Source: Mobula hypostoma
Lineage: Eukaryota
Direction: 5' to 3'
NCBI RefSeq assembly: GCF_963921235.1
Contig: NC_086097.1
Coordinates: forward strand, 58,094,001-58,158,000
DNA length: 64,000 bases
Part shown: piece by piece, positions 61,942 through 64,000 of the stretch
Position numbering within the stretch: position 1 is the first letter of the stretch
Layout of the letters: each line of letters opens with the position of its first letter
Made by a program: the position numbers and the translations under genes
The notes under the pieces: model-generated
The model's database searches: none
What the model saw: the letters and a program-made list of their open reading frames with translations, nothing else
Told to the model about the DNA's origin: nothing

Positions 61942-62976
61942 TGTCATGGTCCAGGTCGTGAAGTCCGCATTCAGATTCATGGTCCAGTCCATCGTTCCTT
62001 ATTCCAGGTTTTCCAGTTCTCCCTTGTCCTGTTGTGTGCCTTAATTGAGGCACATGATTCCCATTTTGGGTTGACTACATAAACAGCTCCTGGGTTCAGC
62101 TTCAGTTTCTGGACTGTTCCTTTCCCTTCCCCCTTCCTTCTGTAACCTTTGCCTGCTACCTTCGCCTTCTACCTTCACCTGAAGCCTCGCCTGCTTCCTT
62201 GCTTGTGTCCACGCCTCCACTAGGTAAGTCCGGCCGTTTGCCACTACCTTGTGTTGGGAACTGTCTCTCTGTGTTCTATGTACAAGTCCCGGCCCTACAT
62301 CCTGCTCCCTAGGAGGGGTCCTGACTCTGTGTAGAGCCCCGGCCCCAACTCCTGTTCCCAAGGAGGGGTCCTGGCTCTATGTTCCATGTTCCCGTCTCCC
62401 AAGACCAAGGCTCTGCGTTCTGCGTTCCTGGTCTCCCAAGACCAAGGCTCTGCCTTCTGCGCTCCTGGTCTCCCAAGACCAAGGCTCTGCCTTCTGCGTT
62501 CCTGGTCTCCCAAGACCAAGGCTCTGTCTTCTGCATTCCTGGTCTCCCAAGACCAAGGCTCGGCTTCGTGTTCTCGTCCTGTCCATGTGCCTCGCCCAGC
62601 CCAGGAGTACCTCACCCAGCCCGGTGCTAGGGTTCCCTCGTCCTGTGCTGGGGTTCTCTCGTCCTGTCCAGGAGTCTCATGTCCAGTCCTGTTGCCACTC
62701 CTCGTCCTGTAGCCACGTCTTGTCCTAACCTAGATCCGGGGTCTGAGCCCGAGTCAAGACCCAGGTTCCAAGTTCCTAGTTCCTCATCCAGGTCCCGCTT
62801 TCCTAGTCTAGTCCTAGCCCAGGCCCTGTATCCTAGCCTCATCCAGGGTCTGTGTCTTGTCCAGTGTCGTTTTTTTCCCACTTTCCTTGCTTTTTTGACA
62901 AACCTAGTCCTGTTCCTTGTACTTCAGTGTCTGTGTCTTGCATTTGGGTCCGCTCCCAGCGCCCCCCCTTAAGACA
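61942..62976 (+). mobile_element. Gypsy-type solo LTR (~1.03 kb) containing a minisatellite
   Basis: Begins TGTCA and ends catttgggtcc...agaca, like the LTR end at ~54750. No clear TSD. Confidence 0.65.
62388..62562 (+). repeat. 37-bp tandem repeat, ~4.7 copies
   Basis: Unit ttcctggtctcccaagaccaaggctctgccttctgcg; aagacc recurs at 62401, 62438, 62475, 62512 and 62549. Confidence 0.95.
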
Positions 62977-63024
62977 CAGAGACAGTTATGCAGTTTAATA
63001 ATAATGCATAACTTATTATTATTA

Positions 63025-63860
63025 TGCATAACGAGCTATACCTGTACGCTGATGACTCCACACTATTTGCACCAATTACAGCAGGCCTGAATAGGGACCT
63101 TGACAGGCTGAAAGCCTGGGCAGACGACTGGAATGTCACCTTTGAGCCTACTAAGTGCAAGGCAATGGTGATGTCTAGGAAGAGGAATCCATCTAACCCT
63201 GACCTGTATTTTGGGAACTGCAAGCTGGATTTAAAGAAGGAGCTAGTAATCCTTGGTGTTAATATTGACAGCAAGTTGGTGTGGGATAAACACCTTTCCA
63301 CTATTTCAAACAAGGCTGGACAGATGCTTGGAGCTCTGCAGAAAGTAGCATCCAAACTAGACAAAGGGCAGAGCCATGGTTTACAAAGCCCAGGTATGAA
63401 GTATTATGGAGTATGCCTGCTTATCATGGATGAATGCCTCACAGAGTGTCCTCAGCCAGCTTTATTTCATTCAAAGAAAGGCTCTCAGGATTATAGGTGC
63501 AGATGAAGCCTCAGCTCGTGAGAAGCTGCCATCAGTAGTTTACACCACAGACGACAGGTTTCTGCAGCTACTGCGCTATACACAATGCACACTAACCACA
63601 GCCCTGCAGACCTTCGCACTATGCTGCCTTCATCTTCACCACACGATTAAGTTTATCTATGCCTGCTCATGCTGTTTCTATGCCTAATGCAAGAACCTAC
63701 ACACTGGTAGAAGCTTCCTTCACTGTGCTATCAGAATTTGAAACAGCCTTCCAGATGCTGTGGTTGGAAACATCTGCGATGATGGGGTCCAAACCTTCAA
63801 GAGTCGAGTGCACAAACACCTGCCATCTCTGGGAGGGAAGTCACATGCTTCTTCATAAGT
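63025..63860 (+). mobile_element. CR1/L2-group LINE RT 3' fragment of a different family
   Basis: LYLYADDSTLF...LKAWADDWNVTFEPTKC...LGVNIDSKLVWDKH, followed by frameshifts. Confidence 0.8.
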
Positions 63861-64000
63861 TATCATGAAGGGGACCAGGATGGCGATGCTTGGTTGTTGG
63901 TAGGTAGGGTTAAGTCTGGCTGACTTAGTCCTTAAACAGCTGGAGAACAGTGCAATAGGGATTAATTTTTTAGTTCCAAGTGCTCCTGCCATGTTTTGTC

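Noticed and set aside
62388-62562. CRISPR-like array of palindromic 37-bp repeats
   Set aside because: The units are head-to-tail with no unique spacers, there are no cas genes, and the context is a vertebrate LTR.
89-63992. Most short ORFs in the six-frame track
   Set aside because: They are antisense or alternative frames of transposons, low-complexity translations, or chance ORFs with non-ATG starts.

Overview
This is eukaryotic, transposon-dense, non-coding DNA with no recognisable intact host gene. The repeat mix (HER1/CR1 LINEs, an HE1/V-type SINE, Rex1/Babar fragments, many Penelope-like elements with a 'tgctggaggaactcagcagg'-type terminus) points to a cartilaginous fish, probably a ray; that assignment is inference. 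Elements I can support are: a gag-protease LTR-element remnant, several solo LTRs, two decayed Gypsy elements (one a sushi-type chromovirus), a near-intact CR1, a young 5'-truncated Penelope-like element (RT plus GIY-YIG), a full-length IR/DR Tc1, a Buster hAT with its cognate MITE, a deleted Tigger containing a 233-bp hairpin, a mariner foldback MITE, a Chapaev3 remnant, and tRNA- and RTE-derived SINEs. Many are nested in each other. The most notable signal is a family of minimal hammerhead ribozyme motifs in the Penelope termini. One copy is a stand-alone 95-bp insertion (hammerhead plus tail) with a perfect 16-bp target-site duplication (TSD). Unique-sequence islands carry an RFX X-box and several strong plus-strand splice acceptors, which hints at an unannotated transcript but does not show one. 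Family names come from motif recognition, not database searches. Boundaries without a TSD or terminal inverted repeat (TIR) are approximate.
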